Part shown: positions 43,208-56,900 of the stretch, piece by piece
Layout: the number at the start of each line of letters is the position of its first letter
Numbering within the stretch: the first letter of the stretch is position 1
Assembly: GCA_964016885.1 (NCBI GenBank)
Contig: OZ024740.1
Span: 413,664,001-413,728,000, forward strand
Direction: 5' to 3'
Length of the DNA stretch: 64,000 nt
Origin: Eledone cirrhosa
Taxonomy: Eukaryota
The notes under the pieces: model-generated
The model's database searches: none
Told to the model about the DNA's origin: nothing
The model's input: only the letters and a program-made list of their open reading frames with translations
Translations under genes and position numbers: made by a program

Positions 43208-46200
43208 TCATCATCATCATCATCATCATCAACGTTTAACGTCCGTGTTCCACGCTTGCATGGGTTTGGACGGGGGTAGTCCCACTTGAGGCAAGAGTGA
43301 TTTTCTTGCTCGCATAGGACTGTCTGGCAGGTTTTCTACAGTTGGATGCCCTTCCTAACACCAACCACATTTACAGTGTGGGTCTGGGAGGTTTTTACCG
43401 TGTTGCCTACACGGCCACATTACAGCGTGGACTGTGTGTTTTTTTGTCGTGACACCTACACGATCTCATTTGTTTCGGCCTGGATGGCGCGGCACCAACA
43501 TAACTTTACATAGAACGGGGTGGTGTGGATGGGGTGGGGGTGGTGGGACGGGCTGTATTTTGTTAGAGATGCCTACTGGCAAGGCGGGTCTTCTCTATTA
43601 CTGAGTACCGCCAAAGGTCTCGGTCCAGTGACATTGTCTTGGTGAGGTGTAAGTGTGTGAGGTCGGAGTTTATCAGCTCGTCCCAGGTTTTTCTGGGTCT
43701 GCCTATTCCGTGGCTACCGTCTATCTTTATTGCCCTGCACTTTGTTATACAGCTATCATCCTTCATGCGCATCACGTGACCATACCAACGTAGCCTTCTC
43801 TCTAGTAAACAACATCTGATCCCTCTTATTTCTAATTTTTTCCTTAGTTCGTTTATGCCTTGTCGTTCACGTATATTACTATTACACATCCAGCGGAGCA
43901 TGCAAGCTTCGTGTCTCTCTAGTCTGCGTATATCCTCTGCACACAATGCCCAGGTCTCACTGCCATGCAACATTGCTGTTCGTATGCAGGCATCGTACAG
44001 CCTGCCTTTCATTTTTAGGGAGAACCCTTTAGCGGCTAATAGTGGTATAAGCTCTCTGAACTTTTTCCACCCAGTTCTGACTCTAGCTACTGTACTTTCA
44101 GAGCACCCTCCCCCACTGCTGATTTTGTCACCCAGGTAACGGAAGCTGTCCACTATTTCTATAGAACCCTCTGCGCAGTTGAAAGAGCTAGTATTTTGTG
44201 GGCACTTGCTGCTACTTATATCCCCAGAACACCGGCCACATGTAAAATCTATGTTCTTAGTTAGCTTACCTGTGATCCCACTACATCTTTTATACACCCA
44301 AACTTTGCATTTGGGACACAAAATGGAATTTCTACCTACGCCTTTCCTACACTCTGCGCATGGCCACTTCCCGGAGGGGACCGCCGCCTTATTTTCTTTC
44401 TTACAAACTAGAACTTTAGTCTTAGCTAGGTTAATTTTAAGGCCTTTTGATTCTAGGCCGTGCTTCCATGTTTGGAATTTCTTCTCTAGCTCGGCCATTG
44501 ATTCAGCTATGAGCGTTAGATCATCTGCGTATAGGAGTTCCCATGGGCAGCCGGTCTTGAACTCCACTGTTATAGCCTGAAGGGCAATAATAAATAGTAG
44601 GGGGCTAAGAACAGAGCCCTGATGGACACCAACTTTTACGCTAAACTCTTCACTATATTCGTTGTTAATTCTAACCTTGCTGACTGTTTTTTTATACATG
44701 GCTTGTATAGCTCTCACAAGCCATTCATCAACACCTAGTTTTCTAAAAGCCCACCAGATAATGGAACGGGGGACTCTGTCGAAGGCCTTCTACAAGTCGA
44801 CGAAAGCTAAGTATAGGGGTTTACTTTTAGCTAGGTACTTCTCCTGTAGTTGTCGTACAATGAAAAGAGCGTCTGTGGTACTTTTTCCTGACACAAACCC
44901 GAACTGCATTTCATCTAGATCAATTCGCTCTCTGATTAGTTGCGCTATAACTTTTTCCGTGACCTTCATGACCTGGTCGATTAATTTAATGCCTCTATAG
45001 TTACTCCTATCTAGGGCATCTCCTTTACCCTTATAACAGTTAACGATAATGCTGCTGCGCCAGTCCTTCGGAACAACCCCATTCTGTATGACTTGGTTGA
45101 CTATCCGGGTGACTATGGTGTGTCCCACCGTACCAGATGCCTTCAGCATCTCGGCAACTATTTCCGAAGGCCCAGCCGCCTTGCCTGTCTTCATATCTTT
45201 GATTGCCTTACTTATTATACTACCCTCGACTAACACTGCTGGTCCCTCTATTGGGTCGATGTGGGGGAGACTGTCTTTCTCCCATTTATTCTCCTCATTT
45301 AGTAGCCTTTCATAGTGACACTTCCAAGCTACCTTCTTATCGGCGTCGGTGATGGCAAGTATGCCGTCATCGTTAAGTACACACTTCTCCCCGACAATAT
45401 CACTGTTTTCCTTGACACATTGCCTAGCAATCCTGAACACCTCACGTTTTTGGTCATCGCGTTGTAGAACATGCTTGAACTTTCTTTCCTCTGCTTCCCT
45501 TCTTGCGAAGTACACTTGTCTCCTAGCTTCCCTCCTGACCACTTGATAGTCTTCTCTGCTTCCCCCATCCCGCCATACTTTCCAAGCCTGCTTTTTGGCC
45601 TTAATTGACCCCTCCACCTTACTGTTCCACCACCATGTTACTCTCCTCCTGCCTACAGGCCTGCTCCAGCCACAGACTTCGTCTGCCGCCGTCAGCAGGT
45701 TTGCTTTCAGGAATTCCCACTGTTCCTCTACCTTATACGTCTCTAATTGCTCTTCCTCACTGTCGAAAGCATCAAGTAATATGCTTTGGAATTTATATTT
45801 TCCTGTGGGGTCCTTTAGCTTCCATATTTTTCTCCTGAGGATAGTCCTCTTCTGTTGTCTAGTACGTCTCGTCCTGACTATTAGGTCGCTAATTATCAGT
45901 CTATGTTGGGAAGTGCATTCTTCATGGGGGAGGGATTTAGTGTTTACGACAGTCACTTTGTCACGTCTTCTGGTAAGGATATAATCTACCTGGCTAGTAT
46001 GTTCCCCTGATCTGTAGGTGATCAAGTGATTGTCTCGTTTTTTGAAGTTAGTGTTGCAGATAGTTAGGTTATTTGCGTCGCAGAATTCCAGGATTCTGGA
46101 GCCTTCCTCATTTCTAGTACCAAACCCATAGCCTCCATGGATTTCGTCGTAGCCGTCACAATGTTGTCCAACGTGACCGTATAGGTCGCCTGCAATAATT

Positions 46201-46950
46201 ATATAGTCACTGTCGGTTATTTGGGAGGTAGTGAGCATCAGTGTCTCATAGAATCTGTCTTTTATAGTGCCGGGCAGTCCGGATTGGGGTGCGTACGCGG
46301 ATATTACTGTCACCGTAGTTCTATTGAGGACAAGTCTTATTTTAATTATTCTGTCGTTCACTCTATTTACGTCTATTATCTTATCTGCCCACTTTTCTGC
46401 TACCATGATTCCTACTCCACCCAGCCCATTGTCGTTTCCCACCCAGAAAAGCTTATAGCATCGTTTTCTACCCACAATGTATCTAGCAGATCCACCCCTC
46501 CACCTGGTCTCTTGGATACAACAAACATCGACCTCCTTACGTTCAAGCATTTCTACAACCTCGTTAGAGCGACCCTTTAAGGTGCCTACATTCAAGGTAC
46601 CAAATCTGAAGTTTTGGATTGCGTTTGGGGGGTTGGAAAGGTGGGGGCGGGGGGAGATGGGGTTATGTTAGCCATCCGCGGCCGAAACAAAGAGGCATGC
46701 TCGCATTTTCGTCCTCGAGGTGTGATTGTCTTTAACTTTGGCATTGTCGCTGAGCGTCCAGATTTTTCTCTCTTCAACTCTCCGGAACTCCGTAGTCCTT
46801 CCATCCTACATATCGAAGGCGACCAGGTAAACGATAGTATAGGCCTCTGGCTTATGATTGGTCCACGTAATAATAATGGTGGTGTGTGGGGGCGGGAGGG
46901 AGGGGTGTTGAGTTGTGAGCGAGCGAGAAGATAGGTTTTAAGTGAGAACC
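43208..46950 (-). mobile_element. RTE-clade LINE, near full length
   Basis: Single long EN-RT ORF; 3' end ...ggacgttaaacgtt(GAT)n. Confidence 0.93.
43563..46595 (-). pseudogene. RTE ORF (APE endonuclease + RT + PHD-like insertion), one in-frame stop at ~44790
   Basis: NVGTL, CCIQETRW, SAYAPQ, VDYIL, SQHR, YRGIKL, AFVDL*KAFD, HQGSVLSP, LLYADD, FRYLG, RRLRWYGHV, GRPRKTW; the two listed ORFs share one frame. Confidence 0.92.
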
Positions 46951-47455
46951 CCGTATTAACGAACAAAAATACAAGATTTGTTTAGTAAATATACGACAAA
47001 AACTCCGTATTTTTACAATCATGACAGAAATACAAGAGATTTGTTTTGGAAAATACATGGAGAATGGAAAGAGGATAGAAAAAATGCTGTTGGAAGGGCT
47101 GACTACGGAGTTAGGCGTATGTTAGAAGAGGTGGGAAAATGAGTACATTACATTTTAACCATGAATGGATGAAGTTACAGCCACAAGTTTGGTGAAAGTG
47201 AATTACTTTGTCTTATATATGTATCTGGGTTGGGTAGAGAGAGAGAGAGAGGGGTGGGTGGTGGTGGTGGTGATTTGACCGCATGTTGTAGAGTGTGGTG
47301 GATGGGAAGGAGATATTAAGGAGCGGGAATAAGAGTTTGAAATAGTAACATATATTGAAATATTGTTAAGAGTTTGAAGTAACAAATATATTTAAAATAT
47401 TTGTATATGAGAAGATAGGTTTTAAGTGAGAATATTTATATATACATATATATAT

Positions 47456-47508
47456 ATAAACTATAAAGTTTCATACACACGTACGCATAAGTACATACAC
47501 ACGCACGC

Positions 47509-47595
<87 letters not shown>

Positions 47596-47647
47596 CGTGC
47601 GTGTGTACGTACTTATGCGTATGTGTGTATGAAACTTTATAGTTTAT
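47456..47647. repeat. Short inverted repeat (~40 bp arms) around a (TA)n tract
   Basis: ataaactataaagtttcatacacac...cgcataagtac is inverted at ~47609..47647. Confidence 0.8.
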
Positions 47648-47813
47648 ATTTATGTTTTTATCTTTAAGAAATGTTTACTGTATATGTGTATGTGGTTGGA
47701 TACATTTATGTGTGCTTGTATATGTATTTGTATATATATTATCCTTTTGTGTCTGTGCTGTGTTTATTTGTATGTGGAGTGCTTGTATGTTTTATGTATG
47801 CGTATGTGTGTGC

Positions 47814-47865
<52 letters not shown>

Positions 47866-48008
47866 ATGTGTGTGTGTGTATGTACACATGTGTATATATA
47901 TATATATATATATATGTATATGTGTGTGTGTATATGTATATATATTTATATATATATATACATATATATTTAGTTTTTTTTGTGCATTTGCTTACCACGT
48001 GCGTTTGG

Positions 48009-48049
<41 letters not shown>

Positions 48050-48051
<2 letters not shown>

Positions 48052-51000
48052 GGCCGCACATGTGTGAAGACAGACAAGTCTGCGGGGGAAACGGTTCGTA
48101 GCTTTAAGCTGTTTTAAAGTGTCTTTTTTTTGTATTTTCTTGTCATTAACGAAACTTAAGGTACACATCTTGATTTAAAGAGAGGGATACCTCTCAATAT
48201 TCGGATACCTCTCAATATTCGGGCTTTAAGCCCGAATATTCAGATTTATTTTTAAAATCTTCGAAAAAAATCGCTTCCCCACCAAAAGAAAATTATGGAA
48301 ATTTTCGACCTTGAAACGGTAAACAACGTTCAGGTCAAAAGTTTAAAGGCAGCCACTGCAGATTTCACCACGACTACGACGGCTACAGTCATGCCTGTCA
48401 TCCACTCTACTGAATGTGAAGGCAAAACTAAGAAGCTACCATCACAACCTTCTGGCATAGCAGCAGTATCATCTGAAAACGACATCACCACCACCGCCAC
48501 CACCACCACCACCACAACAACAACAACTCAGAGCAATAACGACAAAAACACCGACAGCTTCAATGTAAACAAGGATGGCGGTGGCAACAGCAAGAATGAC
48601 AACAACAACAATAAGAGCATCAGAAACACCACATTTGCTGCAGCAGCAGCAGCAAAAACAAAGCGCTTACTGAATATCGATATTGATATTAGCGATAAAG
48701 ACGAACAGTTAGCCAAAGCGTGGAGGCTAATTAAACGGGAGAAGTCCTGGGCAAACCTGACCATCCCGGACGAGGCAATAGCGGCCATGCAAAGGAGGAC
48801 GGTGCTCTTTCGATGTATTTCGGTGCAGACACGAAAAGTGGAACTTGCGAGCCAACTGCGTTGGAGTACATCGGAAGTAACATAGAGTACAAAGCAAGAG
48901 GAAAACAGTTCGGTACCATCTCGGTACTGTTCAAATCCGAGGCCCTCGCTATTAGGCACTCGCTGATCCCCTGCAGAACGGAACGCATTATCATGCATCC
49001 GTCCTATATGGGTAAAAGGACAGTGAAGGTACGCATTCCCAGCATCCCACCAGGAACGAACATATGGTGGCTGCTGGGATGCGTAATCGAGGAGGGGACA
49101 GACACCACCCTCCTGGACATCAAAAGGACAGAGAGAGAAGACTGGTCCGGAATGGATTTGGAGATTCTTCTCCAAATGAAACCGGAGGATATAAATAACA
49201 TCCCAGATTTTGCCCGCCTGCAGGACGGGACAACAATCCAACTAATGATTGACGGAAGAAGGCCACGCTGCTTCGTTTGCGGGGAAGCCACGCATCTTCA
49301 AGCCTTCTGCCCTCAGCGCAAAAATGCAGGGGGTCGCAAACCTCCTTTGTTGCCAACGCCAGTGTCAGCACGGAAAGCTGCACCACCACCACCACCAAAA
49401 ACAACATCAACAAAAACACGGACACCAACATCAAAAGCAGCCGGATCACCACCAACACCAAAACCAATCCAAGGAGAAAACGAGGAAAGCTCTCCCACTC
49501 AGAGACACTCACAGACACAGACCCTTTGTCTTCCAGCAGCGAAGATGAAGGAAAACCCAAAAGTGCAAAAAAACAGAGAAAACTCACACAAAAAAAAAAG
49601 CCCCTACAAAACACAAAAACACACACAACAAAAAATACAGACACCACTAACGCAGACACTTCCCCAATAACATCAGCACCATCAGCAACATCGACACCAC
49701 CTCCACAATCCCCGAAACGCAAACAACCTAAACAAACACAAGTACAAATAAACACACAAATACCTGAAATTGCAGACACCACACCTACAACAAACATAGA
49801 CATACCCGAAACAACACCGCCAAAACCATCGCCACCACCTTCACCAAAACGAAAACAAATAAAACCACACCAACAAAATGTTAAAAACTTCGTGCTTGTC
49901 AGAAGGGCCAACGATAAACTGATGGCCCTCTTAGCGCGAAGCGAGGACATTCAAACAGAGGGGAAGATTTTTGAAATGAGCACATTTTGCGTGCCAGAAG
50001 ATTTGCTTCTGGTCCGAATGTCACTCAATTCTTTCAAAGAAATTCGAGAGAGCTTTCCTCAAGACGTGGGAAACCCGAATGTGAAACCCACATCAAGACT
50101 TTTAAAGGGGTTCCCAAAAGAAACCCCACCAACCATGGAGGTCGAACCACCCGACCTTCACAAGACCCGGGAGGTAAGTAAACCTTCCCTCTCTCTCTCT
50201 TAGTTTACCAATATGGCAATATGGCCATATTAAGAGTAGGAAGTTTAAATGTTCGCGGCCTGGGGTCACCCTGGAAGCAGGGTCGCCTGCTCAACGACCT
50301 CCGGTCGCTGGAAATGGATGTGATTGCCGTAAGCGAGACCAGAATTTCCGACACGCGTGCACTAGCCCCCATTTTCGACGACTATCAGATCTTCGCATCT
50401 GTTAGCGGGCCGGGAATGGGGGGTGGGGTGGCAGTGCTGTTTAGGAAAGGACTGGATCTCGAGGTAAGGTCGATCTTCCGGGACCCGGACGGTAAGTTGG
50501 TGATCTTGGATGTGAGCAGTAGCGAAGGTGGTGCCTTTAGACTGCTGGCCGCCTACGCCCCTACAGGGGCCGGACGACCTGACTTCTTTAGGCGCCTGGA
50601 GACCTTTCTGGGTACGTCTCGCCCTTTACTGTTAGCGGGGGACTGGAATGGCATCTTAGACGCACGCTGGGATTGTGTGGGAGTAGCCGATAGGAGCGGG
50701 GGGTGCAAAAGCCTCAAGCACCTACTCAGCCAGTTCCAACTGTCTGACAGGTATCGACTAGATTTCTCCAATGTGCCAGTATGGACATGGACCAACCGAA
50801 TGGGGTCATCTAGATCGTATATAGACAGAATCTTCATTAGGAAAATAGATAGAAATAGTGTGGGCTGTCCACTTTTTAAAACGGTCGCCTATTCAGATCA
50901 TAAATTTGTGATCTGTACGGTCGACCTAAATAAAACGCGTAGGTTAGGACCGGGTTACTGGAAGCTGAACATGTCATTTCCGGCACGTAAGACTTACAGG

Positions 51001-53873
51001 GACCGAGTCAATAACTTAGTTAAGCAAAAGTTGACAGGGGGGATCATCAACAACAGATGGTGGGGGGCTCTCAAAAGAGAGATTAGAGTAACTTCGATAG
51101 AGTTCAGCAAAGAACTAGCGTTAGAGAAAAATAGAAAGGAGGGGGAGCTTGTAGATAAGTTAGACGAGGCTATTTGTAGTGGCATGGCAACTGACGTGCT
51201 AGCGGCGAGAATGGCATTAGACCATTTCTTCAATGCCAAACACGAAGGTTGCATTGTCAGAGCTAAGGCGCGTGCGCTGAGAAACGAGGGAACTAAAGCT
51301 GTTCGATGGGCCCGCGTGGCGGAGGCGCAGCGTAGTAATAAAACCACAATTCGGTCTTTGGCGGGCCGAGACGGACACGAGATAAGCGATTGTTCGGGGA
51401 GAGTGGCGGGTCAGAGAGAGTAGCGGATTTCAGTCCCTACCTTGACCGCTTGCCGCGCATCTCGACGGTCGACGCTGAGCGCTGCGAAAGGCCGATTACT
51501 TCAGTCGAAATTCAGGACGCCCTTGTCGGCTGCATGAGGCGCAAGTCACCAGGCTTGGATGGCCTGCCCTACGAGCTTTACGTAAATATGCCAGACTTGT
51601 TCTCCGAACTCCTTGAAGCACTCTACTGTAACTGGCAGCAGAATGGGAGTATTCCCAGTTCTGTGAGCAGGGAGTGGTGACGCTGATAAGGAAAGACGAG
51701 AACAAGAGGGATACATTAGACAACTTCAGGCCCATAACTCTTCTCAACACAGAGTTTAAGATTTTGGCCAAGGTGTTAGCAAAGAGATTGGCGCTTGTCG
51801 TCGAGGATTTGGTTGGGGAGGCGCAAACTTGCGCAATCCCAGCCAGGTCCATACACGACAATCTCCACCTCATGCGATACATCATAGAGAGGGTAGGGTG
51901 TAAACCTGGCTTCGGTGGGGCACTGATCAATTTAGATCAATCGAAAGCATTCGATAGGGTCGACCATCGGTATCTGGAGTTTGTCCTCAAAGCAGCTGGC
52001 TTCGGCCCTGTCTTTAGAAGCTGGATCGTTGCAATGCACAGCGGCACACGCTCGGTGGTCAAAGTTAATGGCCACCTCTCGGAACCATTTCGGCTCTCCC
52101 GATCGGTCCGTCAAGGGTGCCCTCTCTCTTCCCTTCTGTACGTATTGACTCTCGAGCCTTTACTGCGGAAGCTGGAGCTGTTGCAGGGCATCCCGCTCGA
52201 ACCGGGACGTGGAAAGGCGGTGTCGGCTTATGCGGACGACATCACCGTGATGGTGTCGAACACCTCAGAAATCGAGGTGGTCGGCACCTTATTGAAAGAA
52301 TATGAAAGGTTGACAGGAGCCAGACTTAACCCGGAAAAGTCGGTGGGCTTGCAGCTCGGAACCTGGAGAGGCAAGCCCATGCCGTCCAACAGCGTCGTGG
52401 GGCGCTGGACGGACGGACCAGTAAAGTTGCTCGGGGTTTGGTTCGGACCAGACCTCCAGGTGGAAAAGAATTGGGACGAGGTAACGAGCAGAGTAGCCAG
52501 TCTCACCCAAAAATGGGCTGGGAGGAAGCTATCACTGAAAGGTCGCGCGGAGGTGGCGAATGCGTACATCGCGTCCGTCATCTATTACCGCCTAACCGTC
52601 GTGCCTTGCCTCCGTCCGCGCCTCGTCAAGTTGGAACGGCTCCTCTTCAAATTCTTGTGGAGGGGACAAGTTCCGTTGGTGAGGCGGTCCATCTGCTGCC
52701 AGCACCCTCTACACGGAGGGCTGGGCATGCCGTGGCTAAAGATGCGCAGACATGTGTTGAGGCTGCGACATCTCCAGATATTCTGCCTTAATGGTGAACA
52801 GGTGTGGTCGCCGTTTATCAGACGGGCCTTTCCGCAGCTCATTTCTTTGACTGAGCTGCAGTCCTGGGTCAAGAAGAGACCGAGACTGGGTGACTGGCAC
52901 CTGGAATGTTGCCAGGTACTCACTGCCCTCTACCAAGCGGGCAATGCGATCAGTGGAACTTCCACTCTCGAGTTTTATAAAGGATTAGTGGTGGGCAAGT
53001 GCGATGACGCACTCGGAGAAGCTTTGGGCCTCGACGAAGTCGAACTGACCAGTCTGTACCGGAGGACTTTTGAGCCGGGGACGATGGACAATTTCCAGAA
53101 ATCCTTCGCTTGGCAGTGCTACCGGGGGGCACTGCCGGTTCGGGATAAACTCTACAGGCACGGAAGTGCTGTCAGACGGACCTGCCCAAGATGCGCACAG
53201 AACGACGAAACCGTTCTGCACGCACTTGTCCAATGTCCATGCATTACTGACTTGTGGAGTTATGTCGAACAGCTACTGTCGCGTGTGGAACGAATCCAGT
53301 TATCGGCCGAGTCCATAGTGAAGATCGAGCCGCCACCTTCCTTAGGTCAGGAAGAGCAGGACATTTTCCTCTGTCTGGTGGCAGTTGCGAAAGAGATTAT
53401 ATGGTGGACCAGGTTGAAAGGACTAAAGACAGACACTTTTCTCTTCGGCCAATCCCTCATCAACTTCTTCAAGTTTCACCTGGAAAGGAGGGTGAGGGTG
53501 GAGAGAGAAGTGCTGCCCCCCAGTACATTTGCTAAAAGGTGGGTGAATGTGGCAAGAATGGCTCGTGTGAATGGGCCTACTCTGACCATGCGCCTATAGG
53601 CTAGCTAACTTGAGGAGAGGGGTGCTCTCCTGGGTGCCCTAGAAGCGCAGGGTGGTTCAGAATTGGTGGGGTACCCGAATCACCCCAGGGTCGTCCACCC
53701 CCTATCGGGGAATTTATTTTGTTATATTTTGCATAGTTTATTTTATATTTTATATTTTCATTGTTAAATTAGTCTTGCCATTGTGCACTTTTACTCGACC
53801 TTATTGTAAACCCCCACTGTCCCTGTCTTTGTATTGTCCCCTACATGTCGGCCCTTGTGGCTAATAAATGAAA

Positions 53874-53875
<2 letters not shown>
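48050..53875 (+). mobile_element. Tx1/L1-clade element, family B, full length with small internal deletions
   Basis: ORF1 48295..50203, ORF2 50221..53599; 3' CCCTTGTGGCTAATAAATGAAATC then (ATT)n. Confidence 0.94.
50221..53599 (+). pseudogene. Tx1-like ORF2 (EN + RT + zf-RVT), frameshifts near 51390 and 51674
   Basis: ORFs 50221..51423, 51390..51680 and 51674..53599 with AYADD and CPRC...HALVQC. Confidence 0.92.
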
Positions 53876-53925
<50 letters not shown>

Positions 53926-53926
<1 letters not shown>

Positions 53927-56900
53927 GGCGACCTACGTAGTAAATCGTATCATCGTGAGCTCCACAAAGTTTTGTTATTTTCAGTTGTTTAAAATTACCA
54001 TTCATGGAAAATTGTTATTGTTAACTGTATATAAGTGCACATACATTGTTATCTGAAAACGACACCCAAAAAGATTGGGCCTTGAGCCCAAAATTTAAAC
54101 TTGTATAATTATCAAACAAAACTTTTTCTTTGAAAAAATTATGGATGACTCAGTCACTCCTTCCTCACAAACTAACACCTCACACCGACACCACCATTGT
54201 AAATATTACTACGTTTGCCAACAATAAAAATATAAGCAGTAGCAATATTTTAAATTTGTCTCAGGCAGACATTCATTTCCCGCCATTACCAATGACTGCA
54301 GGTGTTAAAGCCGCCACCACCACCACCGCGACAACCACCACCCCCACCTCCACCGCGACAACAGAATCAAAAGAAAAAAATAAATTAACTGGTGATATCG
54401 AAATGAAATCAACCAAAATGAACTCTTCCACACCTAACACCACTGACACCACCACCACCACAACTGAAACTAAAGTTAATAATAACAAAAATAACGATAA
54501 CAACAACAGCAACAATGAAATTAAGAAAACCACCCTGAGTTTTGCCAGAGTAGCAAAACAGTGCGAAGCATTTCAGGTAACTCAGGGGGAATTAGACGAA
54601 GCCAAAAGATGGTAAAGAAAGATGGGTACAGGGTCAGCCCCCCCTCCACCCACCTAATAAAATGGACCATCGGCGCCTATGCACCATGTCTTATCGAACA
54701 ATTAATATAAAATTGCGCCGAGTGGAACGGGCATCCGAGTCCCAAATCCCAAAAGCTTTGGGACATGTGTGGGCAAAAAAAACCTACACCGGACGTGGGC
54801 AGAAATATGGAACCGTGGACGTGTTTTTTGAAACACCACAGGAGGCTAGAGAACACCCCATGGCCCCATTAAGAAGTGACGACTTCACACTCGTCCCAAG
54901 CTATTGTGGCCAGAGACTCGTAAAGATCAAGGGGACCCACGTTCCACCGGCCATCGAAATTCCCTGGCTAATGGCTGCCGTCCTCACCGGCATTGAAGCC
55001 AACACCAAGATAATCTAAATAACGAAAGAAAAGCAGAACTGGTCCGGATCAGGGATGCAGCTCCTGATCCAAGCGGACCAAAAAAGCATTGAGGAGATCC
55101 CAGAGGTAATAGACCTCACTGACGGCAGCCACCGTAATCGTCGAGGGCTGAAGGCCTAGCTGTGTCGTTTGTGGAGAAGGAACCCACCTAAGGGTTTTCT
55201 GCCCTCAGGCTAAAAGGTTGAGGCCACCTCTCTTACCCACCCCAGTGACTCAACCATCAACACCACCAGCAACAGAAATGGCAGCAACAACTGTAGCAGC
55301 AACAACAGAAGCAACTGTAATAGCAACAACCCCAGCAACAGTAGCAAAACCAACACCACCACCGCCCAACGCGCCAGAACTATCACCAGCGCCTACACCA
55401 TCCACCACGCCACAACCAAAACCAACGCCTGTGGAGGATTTTCCACTCCCCGGCCTATCACAACTGGAGACAGATTGTGACGACGAGGAGTGGGAAACGG
55501 TATCAGGAAAAAAGAAAAAAAGAAACCAAAAAAGAAAAACATTCTCTTCCCTTCCCCTCCAAAAACAAAAAACAGAGGGAAACAAATAAACTATCAAACA
55601 AAAAATTTAGGACAGATATGCCATCATCCACACCAGCATCACCAACCCCATCACCACAAACACCAACACCATCACCATCATTAACCCCAACACCACCAAC
55701 ACCACAAAAGTCACCAAAAAGCGAAACAGAAACAAACCCACAACAAACGCAAACAAAAGAAAACAACCAAAACGATACACACTACACAGCATTAAATTTG
55801 AACAACAACCAATTATTACACTACATCCAACACAACACCAGCATCACAGAAAAAGACTACGCAACAACCCAAAAGTTCACACCACCTCCACACATACAAA
55901 TCACTCGCATCACACAGAAAACGTACACGACACTAAAACAAAAATTCCCCAAAGACATCGGAGACTTCCGACAAACATTCTCCAGGAGGATTTATAAGGA
56001 CATCCTTCCGGAGGAGGCCACAAGCAGTGAGAAGGATGGAGAAACCATCCTTCCTCAACTAGAAGTAAGGTAAGTGGTCTTTCCCATCTTTTCCACCCCA
56101 TTTCAACATGACCTTACTCAGAATAGGCAGCATAAATGTGCGTGGCTTGGGGTCGTCATGGAAGCAGGGCCACCTGCTCAACGACCTCAGGTCACTGAAC
56201 ATAGATGTAGTGGCCATCAGCGAGACCAGAATCTCCAAAGCACGGGCCTTCGCACCGATCTTCGGCGGCTACGATGTGTACGCATCTCCCAGCCGTCCGG
56301 CATCGGGGGGAAGAATTGCTGTGCTTTTTCGGAGAGGTTTGGATCTCGCCATACAGGCCATCTTCCTGGACCTAGAAGGTAAGTTGGTGGTGCTAGACGT
56401 GACCAGCGGAGACGGGCAAGCTTTCAGGCTAGTGGCCGTCTATGCCCCGACAGGAGTAGGGCGGCCTAATTTCTTCCGGCGTCTGGAGACCTTTCTTGGA
56501 ACGTCCCTCTCTTTAGTGTTGGTGGGCGACTGGAACGGGATCTTAGATGCACGCTGGGACTGTGTGGGATCAGCGGATAGGGGAGGAGGGTGCAAAAGCC
56601 TCACCAACCTGCTCAGGCGTTTTGAACTGTCTGACAGGTATCGATTGGATTTCCCGAATGTGCCAATGTGGACTTGGACAAATCGCATGGGGTCATCCAG
56701 ATCATATCAAGATAGAGTATTTTGTAGGGAAATAGATAGGTCTAGCATAGGCTGTCCACAGTTCAAGATAGTCTGCTACACGAACCGCAAATTCGTGATC
56801 TGTGTGCTTGACTTAGATAGGCTTCATAGACGAGGACCCGGCTACTGGAACCTAAACGCTTCCTTACCAGCGCGCAAGGCCTACAGAGACCGGATTAGTG

